NCBI GenBank assembly: GCA_013265495.1
Contig: MU058423.1
Span: 1,377,061 to 1,441,060 of the forward strand
Direction of reading: 5' to 3'
From: Vicugna vicugna
Taxonomy: Eukaryota
Length of the DNA stretch: 64,000 nt
Positions 39,341-53,207 of the stretch are shown piece after piece; positions within the stretch are counted from its first letter, which is position 1, and every line of letters starts with the position of its first letter. The notes under the pieces are model-generated. The model had not been told where the DNA came from and searched no databases. It was given only the letters and a program-made list of their open reading frames with translations. The position numbers and the translations under genes were made by a program.

Positions 39341-41009
39341 ATCGTGATTCCAGTTATCCCTTGATCAGTTGATCAATTTAACAATATCTCTCATCACTGT
39401 GTGGTAGAAATGGATCCCTAAGTGACCTCCACATTTAACTACTTCTGTTAGTAACTGGTATTTGTTCACAACCCAGTAAATTCCAGTGGCAGTTCCAAAC
39501 AGCATCATGCAAGCTGCCTTTCTACCTTTATTTCATTGACCTACTAAAACAGTTTGCATTCATAGTCATTCTTCGTTTTGTTTTCAGCTTTCGTTTTAAT
39601 TTACCTCCATCACAAGAGTCCCATTGATCTTGTAATTTTGAATCAAATTAGTTTTTTTCTCTGGGTAACATCTGTTTTCATGCAGCTTTGGACCTGTTGA
39701 ATGTGCTCTACATCTGTCACTGATGGCTTCATTGCTGGACCATCTTTATAAGCAGACCCTATAATAGTACCCAGATATCAAACCGTTCCCCTTGCTTTCT
39801 AATGTAAACTTCCACTGCTTATTTTAAGGGGTGAGTGCATTGCCTCTTTCTCCTCTTTCCATTTCTATCTTGCAGAGACAAACTGGTTGATTCAATAGGA
39901 AAAATGGTACACAAACCAGGTCTGTAAATGGCTTACAGTTAGAGAGCTTAACTTGGAAGAGGGGCAAGTGCTTTGTTTTAAAGTAGGGACTTGTTGGTTT
40001 TATGTCTTAAATATTTCTTGAAGGCATCAGCTTCTCTCCATTTTCATCTCTACTTCTCTCTCTACCATCTCCTTCTCAGCCAAGTTAGATTTCATCATCT
40101 CTCATCTGGATTACTGCCGTGGCCTCCGTAGTAGTTCCTCTGCATTTCCTGTTACATCCCTTTAATTTAATATGGCATCCAAAATAATCTTTTGGAAATA
40201 TATCTACTCCTCATTTTTCTTCCTTGTATGCCTGCTTAAAGCTCACAGGTCCAAGGTTGCATGAGGAGAGATATTTAAGAGAGGAAAATGATTCGTTCAA
40301 CTGCCAAACTGCTTAATTAACTTAAAGGTCTTTTAGATTCTGGCTGCTGTCTACCTCTCCAACCTTGTTCTGCATCATTCCCCTCCTGTATCTCCATTGT
40401 CCATAACATAGGCGTTTCTGTGTTCCTTACGTAAGAGAAGTTTATTTAACTCTATTTCATATATTGTTTCTTTGATTGCACGTTACATAACACCAACCCT
40501 AAATAGAAGTTGGCAGACTGTACTTCCTGAGGGAAGTCTTTTTTTGTCAATGACTTCCTCCTATATACTTCAAGTTTTCTTTCTTGGTGATCTACAAGCC
40601 TCTAAAAACTAATTCTTCTTAACACTTCTTATAGTCTAATTTTATATCTGTAGGTTTTTTAAAAATTTATTTAAGAATTTTTTAGTTCATATGTTTCTCC
40701 GTCAATTATAGCACAGTGGTTTTGTTCACCATTGGATATTGAGCACCTAACATAGCACTTAGTACAAGCATGCTCCCATACTAAGTACTTAGTACCTTTG
40801 TGAGAGAGGCTAAGGGAATTAAGCAGGATGGGTGAAAAATTCTCTTGAGATTACCGTGATTGCACTTAAAGAGACCTAAAAATTATAATATGGCGTTTAA
40901 AAACTAACTTAAAAGATACAGGTTTAGTTTCTTTGAAGACAAATGTGTATAAAAATATATAGCAGAGCAAAAATGTGTCCTCAGTGCCTAGGAATTTTTC
41001 CTTTCTTAG

Positions 41010-41472
41010 TGTCAACTGAAATAAAAATGCACAACATGAGAGATGTGAGTTTCAGTGTTACTCCTGTGAACTGTAGCCTGGGAGGCAGCCTCTGAGATAG
41101 CGCTGAGGACCTGCTCCAGAGAGGTAAGAGGGGAGGTCAGCGTATATGTGATTTTAGAGAACAGGTTTGTGCAATCAAACACATCTCAGTAGAAGGTTGC
41201 TGCAAAGTCATGAGGCACAGACATCTTAACTTAATGATTTTAGCCGCTTTTCTCAATACCAGAAGATGTAAGAAACTGGTTTCATAAAATTATCTCCTAA
41301 AAATATCTAACTGTCTGAAGGCCTGTTCTGCCAGTTTTTCCAGAGCACAGAGGGCCTCATTCCTGATCTCCACCCTGAACTCCTTTCAGGGAGCACTGCA
41401 GGTCAGCAGCCTCAGTGGCTGGTGACTCAGTCCTTGTAGAGCCAGTTGACAAGTGACATTCTTTAGTTGGCA
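41010..41472 (-). mobile_element. Solo ERV LTR (about 460 bp) in a DRAM2 intron
   Basis: TG...CA termini with inverted repeat tgtcaact/agttggca. Internal sequence resembles artiodactyl ERV1-type LTRs. Orientation is inferred. Confidence 0.75.
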
Positions 41473-41528
41473 CCAGGAAATTTATCCTTGTCAAGGAAAT
41501 GTGGAAGGGATGATTAGGCAGAAATCTA

Positions 41529-41770
41529 TGTTAATTTTCTAGGGCTGTCATAACAAAAATACCACAATTTGGGTGGCTTAAAGTAACAAAAATTTATTCT
41601 CTCAAAGGTCAGGAGGCCAGCAATCTGAAGTCAGAGTATTGGTAGGGTTGGTTCTCTTTTGGGGGCTCAGAGGGAGAATATTCCATGCCTGTTCCCTAGC
41701 TTCCAGTAATCCTTGGCATTTCTTGGCCTGTGGCAGCAGAATTCTGTTGTCATATGGCATTCTCCCTCCC
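41529..41770 (-). mobile_element. MLT1 (MaLR) LTR fragment
   Basis: ctagggctgtcataacaaaaataccacaatttgggtggcttaaa...aatttattctctca...ggaggccag. Confidence 0.8.
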
Positions 41771-42768
41771 TAGAAAATTTATCCTCAAGGAGACTATGGA
41801 AGGGATAAGAATAAGTAAGCAGAAGATTAGTTCTTAAGTTTCATTAACTGCTTTTAGGTAAAGATTACAAACCACTCAATATGTAATTTATAAGTTCTAT
41901 AGCAAACATTTGGCCCTGACCTCACATATCTCTGTAATTTGTTTGTCTTCATCAAAGAGTAAGTTTTTGTCTTTTGTTTTGTTGAAGGATGTATTTTTAA
42001 GGAGGATAAAAGAATGACTTGTGTACATAGGTCAAAAGTTTTATTTAATTTACTAATTAATGACAGAAATAGTGGGTACTACAAACCAGTTCAAAAGAGA
42101 AGTCAAAGTAGCACACACAGTCAGATAAGGAATGCTCAAACAAATTATAAATAGATGCAAAACTAGCAAAACTGATTATTATTCACAGAGTGATAATTGC
42201 ATTTAGTCTGACACTGTGCATTTCTAGTCATATGAATTATTTGCATTCCTATGCAGTTTCAATAAGTTAGCTCTGTCTCCACACATAACATCTCTGTCTC
42301 TATACATAACATCTATCATTACTCAGCTTTTCTCTGCAAAATAGCCCTAACAAAGCCAAGTAAAATTCACGTATCTATAGACCCATTCCCAGAGGCTCTA
42401 GTATTCCATTGAAAGGATAACCTCTTGCCCATTTCAAGATCTTCTGTTGTTTCCCTAGTCTCTAAAATGACAAAGTTGACTTGGTTAAGCAAAAGTACTG
42501 CCAGTTGAAACCACTTTTATATACCTCTGTTTTGATTCTAAAAATTCAAAAGTAGATGCCCTCCATCCTTTATTATTCTTTTTAGCTACATGATTTTGTT
42601 GATAGAACTGTGTACTGATCACAGGTGGGCACTGATCAGGGTATATCTGTGTTTAGCTTCATCAATATATGTGAGAATATTTTTAAGGAGAAAAATCTAC
42701 CCATATGTCTGCTCTTAACCCTAAAATAGTCAATTTCATTTTTGCTTCTATTTCCATAGCCTTTATCC

Positions 42769-42795
42769 ATATATATATATATATATATATATATA
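42769..42795 (+). repeat. (AT)13 microsatellite
   Basis: Read directly. Confidence 0.95.
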
Positions 42796-43978
42796 GATAA
42801 ATTCATATGAACCAAGAAGATACTACCATTTTACATTATGTTTTATGGGTGCTGAATTTTTTTTTCCTTTGTTACTCAAAGTGGTAATAACGATACATTT
42901 TTTCCCTTTCCAAAGCTCATAACATTACCAGTTAAAACACCCCATACCATATTGAAGTAGCCCTTTTATCTCCGAAAGGAAACGATTGCCTTTTAAAAAT
43001 AATTTGTTATCTTTTACTTCTTTATACTAGAAACTTCTTACACCTTCAACTAAAAAAAGTGGACTCTGTTTGTGAATTAGCACAGTTGATTGTAGAAGGA
43101 GGGAATCAACACTAACCTCACCTCTCTTCTCCTGTTGCGTTAGTCATACCCTCTTTACCAAGGGCTGTACAGCACTTTCTCAACCGAATGGCATACAGAT
43201 AGCATCAGTTTAAAAAAACTAGAGAGTTCACCAAAGGACTCTGATAGTAGAATTTTTGGAGAGCTACTGTCCTCACTTTTAAACAGAGGGTATATATAGT
43301 AAAATGTAACTGGATTCCAATAAAGGTAAGGTGAAGGAGAAAAAAAATTACAAATTATGGTGATCCCTTACAGTAAAATTTGTTAAGACCAATCAAATCA
43401 GAGCCAAGGGGAGATGTTTTAATTTCTTGAGCTTATAAGTTGCATTTAGATTTTAATTAGATTTAAGCTGAAACTCTCTACCCCTTGCATTCCCAACCAT
43501 CCTAGTCCTCTTTATCTTGTTCTGTTCCTTCCATACTCCGTAACCACCATCTAACTTACTATGGAGTTTATGTATTTCTGAAGTTTATTATTTACTATTT
43601 GTGTTCCTTCACTTGAACGTAAACGTTAACAGCCAGATTTTTGTCTGTGTTGTTTACTAATATTTCTGTGTGCTTAGAACAGTAGTTTGATGCATAAGAA
43701 GCCCCCAAATAAACATATTATTAAATGAGCAAATGAATAATCATTGTCATGTTTTCACTAGTGGCACAAATGCATGAAATTATTTGGATTACTGTAATCG
43801 TCGGGTTTACGCTGAGTCCCGTGAGAGAATATTACTTCGGGATGTAGTCTGTAGACGCTACAGAGCTATTCCACTCAGTGAATGTTCTGTTGAAATCGCT
43901 GGGCTTGGGGTTTTAGATAGTTTTGGCAATGTGTTTTGAGTTTCTTTTATTTACTGATTTCTTCCTTCTACCTCTCAG

Positions 43979-44156
43979 AAAACCACCTTTTTTGCTGTAC
44001 ATGTATGTGGAGCTGTGCTCACCTTTGGCATGGGCTCATTATATATGTTTGTTCAGACCATCCTTTCCTACCAAATGCAGCCCAAAATTCACGGCAAACA
44101 GATCTTCTGGATCAGGCTCCTGTTGGTTATCTGGTGTGGAGTAAGTGCACTTAGCA
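43979..44156 (+). CDS. DRAM2: DRAM2 coding exon 4 (178 nt)
   Basis: cctctcag|AAA ACC ... CTT AGC A|gtatccttt, encoding [59 protein letters not shown]. Confidence 0.95.
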
Positions 44157-44679
44157 GTATCCTTTGCTGTAAAATGTGGCTACACTTGGAAAGGAATCAA
44201 ATAACAAAATTTAAATGAACACTGGTGGCATATCATAATCAGACCTTTTGCGGGGTGAGATTCTTGGGTTAGTAAACCCTAAATTAAAGAATTGGAAGCA
44301 TGAAATCCAAGTTTTACATAGGACCTAATAACTAAACTAAGAACAAGGATAATGTTTAGCCTGATCATACTCCCTTCAGGGATAGGAAGGATGAGTTAAG
44401 GCCCTCCCTGAGAACAATTATGTAGCAAAACCTTACGATAGAACTGCTGATTTATTGAGCAAAGAGGGATTGACGGTGCAAACCATTTCATAGTAATCTT
44501 CTGGGCATGTTTTAAACTTTACTACTGCCATGTAACTTGAAGTCTTTAAGAAAATGGGTTTGGACCTTGGAAACATGTATGTGTAATCCTTTTAGGCCTT
44601 TAAAGTGATTTTGGTTTTGAATCTAATTTAAACTTACAGGTCTCCTGTGAGATTCTTCCTTGACTTACTTTTTTTATAG
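44157..44679 (+). other. DRAM2: U12-type (minor spliceosome) GT-AG intron of DRAM2
   Basis: 5' end is GTATCCTTT (U12 consensus RTATCCTTT). Branch sequence TTCCTTGAC at 44656-44664, with the A 16 nt from the 3' end. Removing the intron restores the reading frame (A|TG = Met). Confidence 0.93.
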
Positions 44680-44762
44680 TGCTGACTTGCTCATCCCTTC
44701 TGTACACTGGGAGTTTTGGTGCTGATATAGTACAGAAACTGCATTGGAACCCTGAGGACAAA
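44680..44762 (+). CDS. DRAM2: DRAM2 coding exon 5 (83 nt)
   Basis: ttatag|TG CTG ACT ... GAC AAA|gtaaga, encoding (M)[27 protein letters not shown]. Confidence 0.95.
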
Positions 44763-45698
44763 GTAAGAGCTGACAGTCTATAAAACTTAGTTTTATATTA
44801 AAGATTTTCATTGCTTTTGATGTACTTTTCATTACATTACTAATAATGAAAGTAGAATAATTATTAATGTATAGGACTATTTTCTATAAAGGATAGAGTT
44901 TATGTAGAACCATCCATTTTTCTCCAGTCACTTTGTGGTCCTTGGACATTTTCAAGACATAAAGAGAGTTGTGATGGCAGAGTCTTATCAGAAATTGATT
45001 CCTCTAAATATGGTTATAGTATACCATATACCTCACTGAAATCTTTTATTCGTAGAATACTTGTTTTCTGAATTGAAAGCAAAAATTTCTTCTCCCACTT
45101 TTTGTTATCTGTAAGTTTATTATCATGGACTTTGCATTTGGGTTCCAATATAGTGGATATCTGACTAGAGATAGCATTTTCGATCCTGAGAAACAAGAGA
45201 GGAGGGACATATACTTAAATAGGCAATAAAATGAGTTTATCTGTTTTCACAAACCACTCAGGTGGCATTTTATTTTAAATTATTTTTAAAGAGTCAGTCC
45301 TAAATAGGACATGTTTGTGAGAGTGATTGAGCGAAATAATTTACTAGATTCTCCTAATTATAATTAATCTATATATTATTCAATGCTCAAAAAACAACAC
45401 TAAGTTTATTCTGAGCATTGTTTACTTAAAATTTTTTTTTAGTGGCATTAATGACTTGTAGCTTTAGGAAAGGCAGTAACTTCTTGATTCTAGAGTAGAA
45501 GTTCCTGTTCTTAGTTATTCAAGTGAAAATTTTATTTGCTGTAGATGAAACTATGATAGATCATTTAGGAGGACTTTTCTAATGTCTACCTTTAAGTCTA
45601 GTGATACGTTAAGTAAATCAGGGGTTGATATTCAGAACACAGGTTGGTTTATAAATATTATAGGTTTTTTTATCTGAGAGAAATTATAGATCATTTGA

Positions 45699-45884
<186 letters not shown>

Positions 45885-46322
45885 TAAGAAAGCTTTCTAT
45901 AAGCAAGTCTCTGGCGTTTTTGAAAATTAACTTCATAAGCAGTGATGCCAGAAGAGGACCTTCTGTGTTTGGAGAAATAGTGTTTTGCCAGCAATGTCCA
46001 GCCTTGGAAATAGAGTTGTAAAACAATTTGCAAAAATTCTTTCAGAGAGTTTTTATTAACTCTGCCTACATTTACGTAGGCCATCCTCAACATTTAGTTT
46101 TACGCATTCTCTGTAGAAACCAAAGAAAATTAAGGAACTTCTGAGTAGAGAAGCTTGTTTTTCCCAACTCTGTTGGTACTACAGATGATACTGTTGGCAG
46201 TACAACAGCTGTCTCACTCTTGTTACTCATTAGAATAGATTTACATTCCTGATCCCAAAAGATGTTCCTCCAAATGTATTGAAAATGTGATCTGCCTTTA
46301 AGGAGCAAACTTCTATGTGTAA

Positions 46323-46448
<126 letters not shown>

Positions 46449-47256
46449 TGAAAGGACAAAATATTTCTGTGGTGATTATGATTCTCAGGGACTGGGGAAA
46501 TATTCATGAAGGTTACTTTGCTCTGAAATTTTCAACCAGTTAATCAAGGCTGACAATGATGTCGAAGAATACTGATAATCAAGACCCATGAATTAAGCCA
46601 TTTGATATTATAAAGGATATCTTCAAGAGGACCACATAAAAACATTGATGCCTATAGTTTTTTTTATCCCAGAAAACAAAACCAAAGGACTACAACATTG
46701 TAGCTTTTTTCTACTTTTTTAAAAAGAAACAAGCAGAAGTGCACCAAGCAGTCTGCAAAATCCAACTTTTCACATTTTTTAAGGCATTATAAAGTACGTT
46801 TTGTTTAGAGTACTTATATGAGAGACATTTTTCAGGACCCCAAATAATCAGCATTGCTCAACAGCTCTTTTTTCATTGGATTTTGAAGTAGTAGTTTTAC
46901 CATATTAATACATTTCTTACCATCTTCATAAAATTTTTTTTCTTCTGGAATCCAGTTTTAAAGGGAAGCAGACCTGAATTCATGTGAGCACCATCATTGC
47001 TTAAGCTTTGCACAAGAGAGCCTGGAGGTATTGAATTGATTACTGCCATGAGGCCAGATACTATGCTAACTGGTCTGTCACAGTGCTTGCAATAGTTTCA
47101 TGAAGCTTAGTGTCTGATACTAGATTTTAATTACTAATGAATAAGGAAAGTAGCTATCAGTAAATATACTCCAATTGTGTTTTGTGTAAAAGTGTTTAGT
47201 GGGTTCCTTCACAAGGCTGAGAAGTTTGTGAATAACAGCAGGTATGATTAATATAA

Positions 47257-47262
47257 AATAAA
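47257..47262 (+). terminator. DRAM2: Candidate DRAM2 polyadenylation signal
   Basis: First AATAAA I can find after the stop codon, about 810 nt downstream. Confidence 0.5.
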
Positions 47263-47899
47263 AATCACCTCAAACTGCAGTCAAGACCTTCTTAAGATTT
47301 TCATTTATAGCCAATTATAATTACTTGTAAAAGTAGCATTGAACTGGAAAATGAGCCTTTTTGAGGGGAGCTGGTCTTTGTAGGACCCAAATTCTAAAGA
47401 ACAAAATCAACAATCCAGAAAAACGAGGGACAAGATGATTGTGATACATACATCCACCAGCACAACGTTCTCTCTTTTCCTCTGGCCATAAAAGTGATTG
47501 GATAGCTTCTGCTTGGATCCCTACCTGTGCAGATAAAGAATGGTTTACAGATCCCAGATAAAATTCAGAAGAAGAAAATGCTCATCTGGAAGGTGCCTTT
47601 GATGAACTGATTTGCAAAAGGATCTCTGAAGAAGATGAACAAGGCTTATCTTTTTAGAAGAAATGGTTCCATAGTCAGAATAACAGACAGAACAGGTTTG
47701 AAGTGTAAGAGGTAGCAGTTTAAGAGAAATGATTATATGATGGAACCATAGATGTCAGTTATGAAAAGGGTGCTAGTTACAGAATTCTATAAATATTTCT
47801 GAAGACTTCTGAACTAGTTTTACAGAAAATGGGATAAAATTCTTTTTAAGCTGTATCAAGCAACAGTGAACATGGGAGACATTTCAATAGACATTGATT

Positions 47900-48200
47900 G
47901 AAATTGTATCATTAGAAAAAAAATTCAGTATGAACCATAAAATTTTTTTATCATGCCTCTGAAAATCATGGTGCAGCCACATCTGGGAAACAAACTCCAG
48001 TCCTGATTGCTATACATCAAGGAAACTAATTCAAGTTGTCAAGGACTACAGTGTGGTGAGAGGGAAAATGATAGAATCAAAGTTTATAAAGTTATAAATT
48101 ATATGTGGGGAAGAACATGGACTTGTACATCCATACTAGAATATTAGGCTTAGGGATACACTAATACATTAAATTGTTTTAAGACAAAAAATGTTATTTG
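47900..48200 (+). mobile_element. Possible CR1/L3 LINE remnant
   Basis: catggtgcagccacatctggga...ccagtcctg resembles the CR1 ORF2 C-terminal motif (L)VRPHLEYCVQFW; highly degraded. Confidence 0.4.
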
Positions 48201-50047
48201 GATAGTACTTAAACTTTTGCCCTTATAAATAATATAGGCTAAAAATATTAGTAAGTTCAAAAAGGATTATAAATAGAAAATTTGAATGTGCCTTTATCCT
48301 TCATCTTAATGCCAAAGTAATGGAAGGCAACTGTACCCTACGTCAAAATGCCTTGCCAAAGTTGTCAGACACATTAGCTTGGATGAATGGATAAGGTAGT
48401 TCTCTTCAGTCAATTTTTTCAATGTTTAGCTTTAAGAGTAAGAGATTTTAAGCTGAAAAGATTAGCAGATACTATGAATTGATAGTGCAAAATCTATTTT
48501 CTCATTGTCCTACGTACACAATAAAACTACATTTCCCAACTTTCAATTAAGTATAACCATAAAACTGAATTTTAGCCAATGAAATGTAAATGAAATGGAT
48601 GTGTTTGCTGTTTTAATATTAAGGTTTTGTAAAACAGGAGTGCTCTTTCCTAATCTTTTTATACCATTTGTATATTGATGACAAGATTTTAGGATATGGC
48701 AGAATCACATGTAGGAGCCCTGAACTAGTCCACTTTTAATCAGATTTTAGAATACTGAACTAGAGATCTAATATAATTTAAGAATTCTGTTTTTATCCAT
48801 CCCAGTTATTAAGATTATGTATTTTTAAATTGTGTTATACATTGTAAATGATCAGTGGATTTATGAGAGAAAAAAACTTATCTCTTCTGCAGTGTTCTTT
48901 ATAGGCTTACTATGAAATGAAGTTCAGTAGATGTTGGGTTAATGTCCTTGCAAATCTTTGTTGTGCATCTTTCCTTTTTTCAAGCAGAGTGCTGGTTTTA
49001 GAAACTATATACTCATTTATGAGGGAGATAAGAACATAGAACAGACCTAAAACAAAGGAAAACTCTTTCTGAGAAATTATGACTCTTAACAGTATAAGCA
49101 ATTGTATCCTCCAAAAGATGTGGCAATTTGAAATAGTATTCACCTGAGAGTTCACCCATTCAGAAAGCCTGAGGAGAGTACAAAAAGAATACCTCAGAAA
49201 TTCTAAAATATACAATTGGAATGTAGTGCAGAGGGAAATCCCCAGTGTTTGGGAATCTGGCAATTCAGCTGAGAAGCACAAAGATTCCTCTGGAATATCA
49301 CCAATGACCAGATCCCAATCTCTGCTAAGAGGAAATCCTGTTCACTTAAAATATTTGAAGCAAGTAGTAAATTGAATCAAACTAAAGCAGCAACAAAGCT
49401 CATCTCCACCTCAACTACAGACCATAAATATTAATTCAGCCTCTCACTCTGCAAACATGGCCAGAAAACAGCCATGCCATTTTTTGGAGGCAAATATTAT
49501 GGAAAATATCCAACATATAGTAAGAAATTATAAAGACATGCAAAGGGACAGAAAATTTTGACTCAGGAAACAATAGAAGCAAACTCAGAGATTGCATAGA
49601 TGTTGCAATTATCAGAGCTAGATAAACTATGGTAAAAATGCTGAAGGAGCTATTAAAAAGTTTGGAAAACATGCACAGAAAGATGGAATTTCAGCAGAGA
49701 TAAATATATTTTAAAAAACAAAAATTCTAGAATAGAATATGATGGCTACACGAAGGAAAGAGTTTTTATCAATCCTTGAATATGACAGTTGAAAGTATAA
49801 AAACTGGGAGTGAAAGAAAAAAAGAAAAAAAAAGGAATTGAGTATCTGGTTTTGAAGGCAAAATGAAATGGTCTTAATCTTTTAATTGAGTTTCAGAAAA
49901 AGGATAGAATGGCATGGAAGAAATGTTTGAAGAGATACCAACTGAGAGCTTTTGTAAAGCTGATGGAAATTAACAGAAAATCAACAAAATCAAAAGTGAG
50001 ATTTTGGAAGTTATAAAATTAATGAATACCTAGCAAGACTAATACAC

Positions 50048-50465
50048 TGTGTTGAGTAGTATTCCCCAAAAAAGTCATGTACACCTAGAACTTCAGGATG
50101 TGACCTTATTTGGAAATAGGATATCTACAGATGTAATTAGTTGTGATGAGCTCATACTACATTAAGATGAGCCGTAAATCCAGTGACTGGTGTCGTTAAA
50201 AGAAGTCCACAATAGAAACAAAGAATCAGAGAAAAAGACTAATTGAAGACAGAGTCAGAGATTAGGGTAATGCGGTATCAAGGCAAAGAATCCCAAGGAT
50301 TTACAGCAAGCAGAAACTGTGAAGAGACAAGAAAGGGTTCTTCACTACAGCTTTTAGAGGGAGCCTTGGTTTTGGATTTCTGTCCTCCAGAAATATGAGA
50401 GATTAAGTTTCTGTTGTTTGAAGCCATCCAGTTTATGGTGATTTGTCATGACATCCTAGGAAGTT
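50048..50465 (+). mobile_element. MLT1 (MaLR) LTR inserted in an L1
   Basis: gatgtgaccttatttggaaatagg...cagatgtaattagtt...ttctgttgtttgaagccatccagtttatggt. Confidence 0.85.
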
Positions 50466-50479
50466 TGAAAAAAAAATGA

Positions 50480-52690
50480 ACAAGTAAGGAAGAGAAAACA
50501 CATTACTGATACTGGGAATGAAAAAGAGGACATCACTACATAGCCTATTGACATTAAAGATAATAAAAGCATTTTATGGCCAACTCTATGCCAGTAAGCT
50601 CAACAACACATGAAATGAACAAATGCTATATGAAATGTACAAATTCGTAGAAATATAAAACATATCAAGACTAAGTCAGGAAGAAATAGAAAATCTAAAT
50701 GGATCTAGAATAACAAGAAGATTGAATCAGCAATACAAAATCTTCCAACAAAGAAAAGCCCTTGACCTCATGGCTTTAGTGGTGAATTCTACCACACATT
50801 TAAAGAACTAATACTAAGTCTTGCAGATTTATCCAAAAAATGAAGAGTCCACTTCCTAACTTATACTATGAGGCCAGCATTCCTCTTATACCAAAGAAAG
50901 ACAGACTCCACAAGAAAACTAGAGACTGATATCCCTTATGAATATTGATAGAGAAATTCTCAACAAGGTACTAGGAAACAATTTGGCAGCATATCTAAAG
51001 GTTTAGGCGCCATAAGCAAGTAGAATTTATGGTTCAACATACGAAAATCAATCTGTGTAACATACCACGTCAACAGAATGAAATGGGAAAAGCCCACATG
51101 AACATCTCGTTTGATGCAGGAAAACCATTTGACAAAATTCAACACACTAATAATAAGACCACTCAACAAACTGGGAGTAGAAGGAAGCTACCTTAATGTA
51201 ATAAAAGCCATTTATGAAAAGCACAGTGAACATCATACTCAATGGTGAAAGACTAAAAGCATTTCCTCTGAGATCAAGAACAAAGCAAAATTGTCCTTTA
51301 ACACATCTATTCCAAGATAGTACTAAAAGTTCTAGCCAGAGTACTTAGGCAAGATAAGAAAATCAAATGCATCCAAATGGGAAAGGAGAAAGTAAAATTA
51401 CTGCTTTGCATATGACATCTAATATATAGAAAACCCTAAGCAGTTCAAAGAAAAAACTCAGAACTAATAAATCAATTCAGCAAAGGAATAGGATGCAAAT
51501 CAACACATAAAAATCAGTTGAATTTCTACACACTAACAATGAACAATTTGGAAAGGAAATTGCAAAAACAATTCCATTTAAAATTACATTTTAAAACACT
51601 TAGTAAATAATGTAGTGAAAAGCAAAAGACTTGTACACTGAAAACTACAAAACATTGCCAAAAGACATTAAAGGAAACATCAATAAATGGAAACATCTTA
51701 TACTTGTGGATTGGAAGGTGCTATTGCTAAATCATCATTACTACCCAAAGTGATCTACAGATTTAATGTAATTCCTGTCACACCCCCAGTGACTTTTTTT
51801 TTTTTGCAGAAATAGAAAAACTTATTCTAAAATTTATGTGAAACCTCAAGGGACCCTGAAGAGCCAAAAGAATCTTGAAAAATAAGAACAAAGTTAGAGG
51901 ACTCACATGTCCAGATTTCAAGACTTACACTACAAAGCTACAGTGTTATATTGGTGAAAGGACAGGCTTAGAGACCAATAGAATAGAAGAAAGAGCCCAG
52001 AAAAAAAAATCTGTCTTAATCTGGTCAAGTGATTTTTAACAAGGATGCTAAGACTATTCAATGGTGGAAGCTCAGTCTTTTCAAAGAATGGTGATGGGAG
52101 AATTGGATATCCCTATGTAAAAGAAAAGAGTTGGACCCTTACCTAATACCACATCCAGAAATTACAATGTATCAAGAACTTAAATGTAGGATCTAACACA
52201 TAAAATTCTTAGAACAGTACAAAGCCGTCACAACATTGGATTTGGCAATGACTTCTGGGATGTGACACCAAAGGCATAAGTATCAAAAGAAAAATTAGAC
52301 AACTTGGACTTATTAAATTTTTAAAAAATTGATGCAGCAAAACCACACTACCAACAGAGTAAAAAGGCAACCCACACAGTATTAGAAAATATTTACAAAT
52401 CATATATCTGATAGGGGATTAATTTCTAGAACAGAGAATTAAATCTCAACAACGAAAACCAAATAACTCAGTTCAAAACTGGGTAAAGAACTTGAAAAGA
52501 TATTTATCTAAAGAAAATACAGGATATATTTAGTAAACAATGAAAAATGCTCAGTATCACTAATCGTTAGGGAAATGCAAATTGAAACTACAATGAGATA
52601 CCACCTCATACCTATTATGATGGCTACTAACAAAAAACAGAAAACAGAAAGTGCTGATAAGGATGTGGAGAAGGTGGGACCCATGTCATA
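50480..52690 (+). mobile_element. Degenerate L1 ORF2 (RT and C-terminal region)
   Basis: Typical ORF2 nucleotide motifs (ggtgaattctacca; catcatactcaatggtgaaagact; atgagataccacctcatacc) with many stops and frameshifts. Confidence 0.9.
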
Positions 52691-52754
52691 GCAAAACCCA
52701 CTACTTCCCTTCCTCCCTTCTTTTCTTCCTTCTCCTTCCCTTCCTTTTGCCAGA

Positions 52755-53172
52755 TAATATTGTATTCTATCAATATACCATGGCTTGTTTATCCATTTAT
52801 CAATTGATAAAAATTTATGTCTCCACCTCTGGGCAACAAATGTTGCTTAGATTTATCTTTTGGTGTCATTTCTAAGGAATCATAGTCTTACTCAATTTGA
52901 GAGATTGATTTCTAACTCTTCTTTCAAGAATTTTATTATTTTATCTGTTAAATTTTATTTTACCATGCAAAATAGATAATTGTTTTGTATATGGTGTGAG
53001 GTACAGGTCTAAATTCGTTTCTCTGCATGTGAATATCCAGTTATCTAAGCATCATTTGTTGAAAAGACTACTGTTTCCTATTAAGTGGTTATGGTTTCCC
53101 CATCGAACATAAGTTTGCCATAGGTGTATGAGTTTATTTCTCTACTCTCAATTCTATTCCCACTGAGATGAT

Positions 53173-53207
<35 letters not shown>

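Noticed and set aside
42271..42312. Two copies of a 21-bp unit (ctctgtctccacacataacat)
   Set aside because: Simple local tandem duplication with no spacers or evident function.
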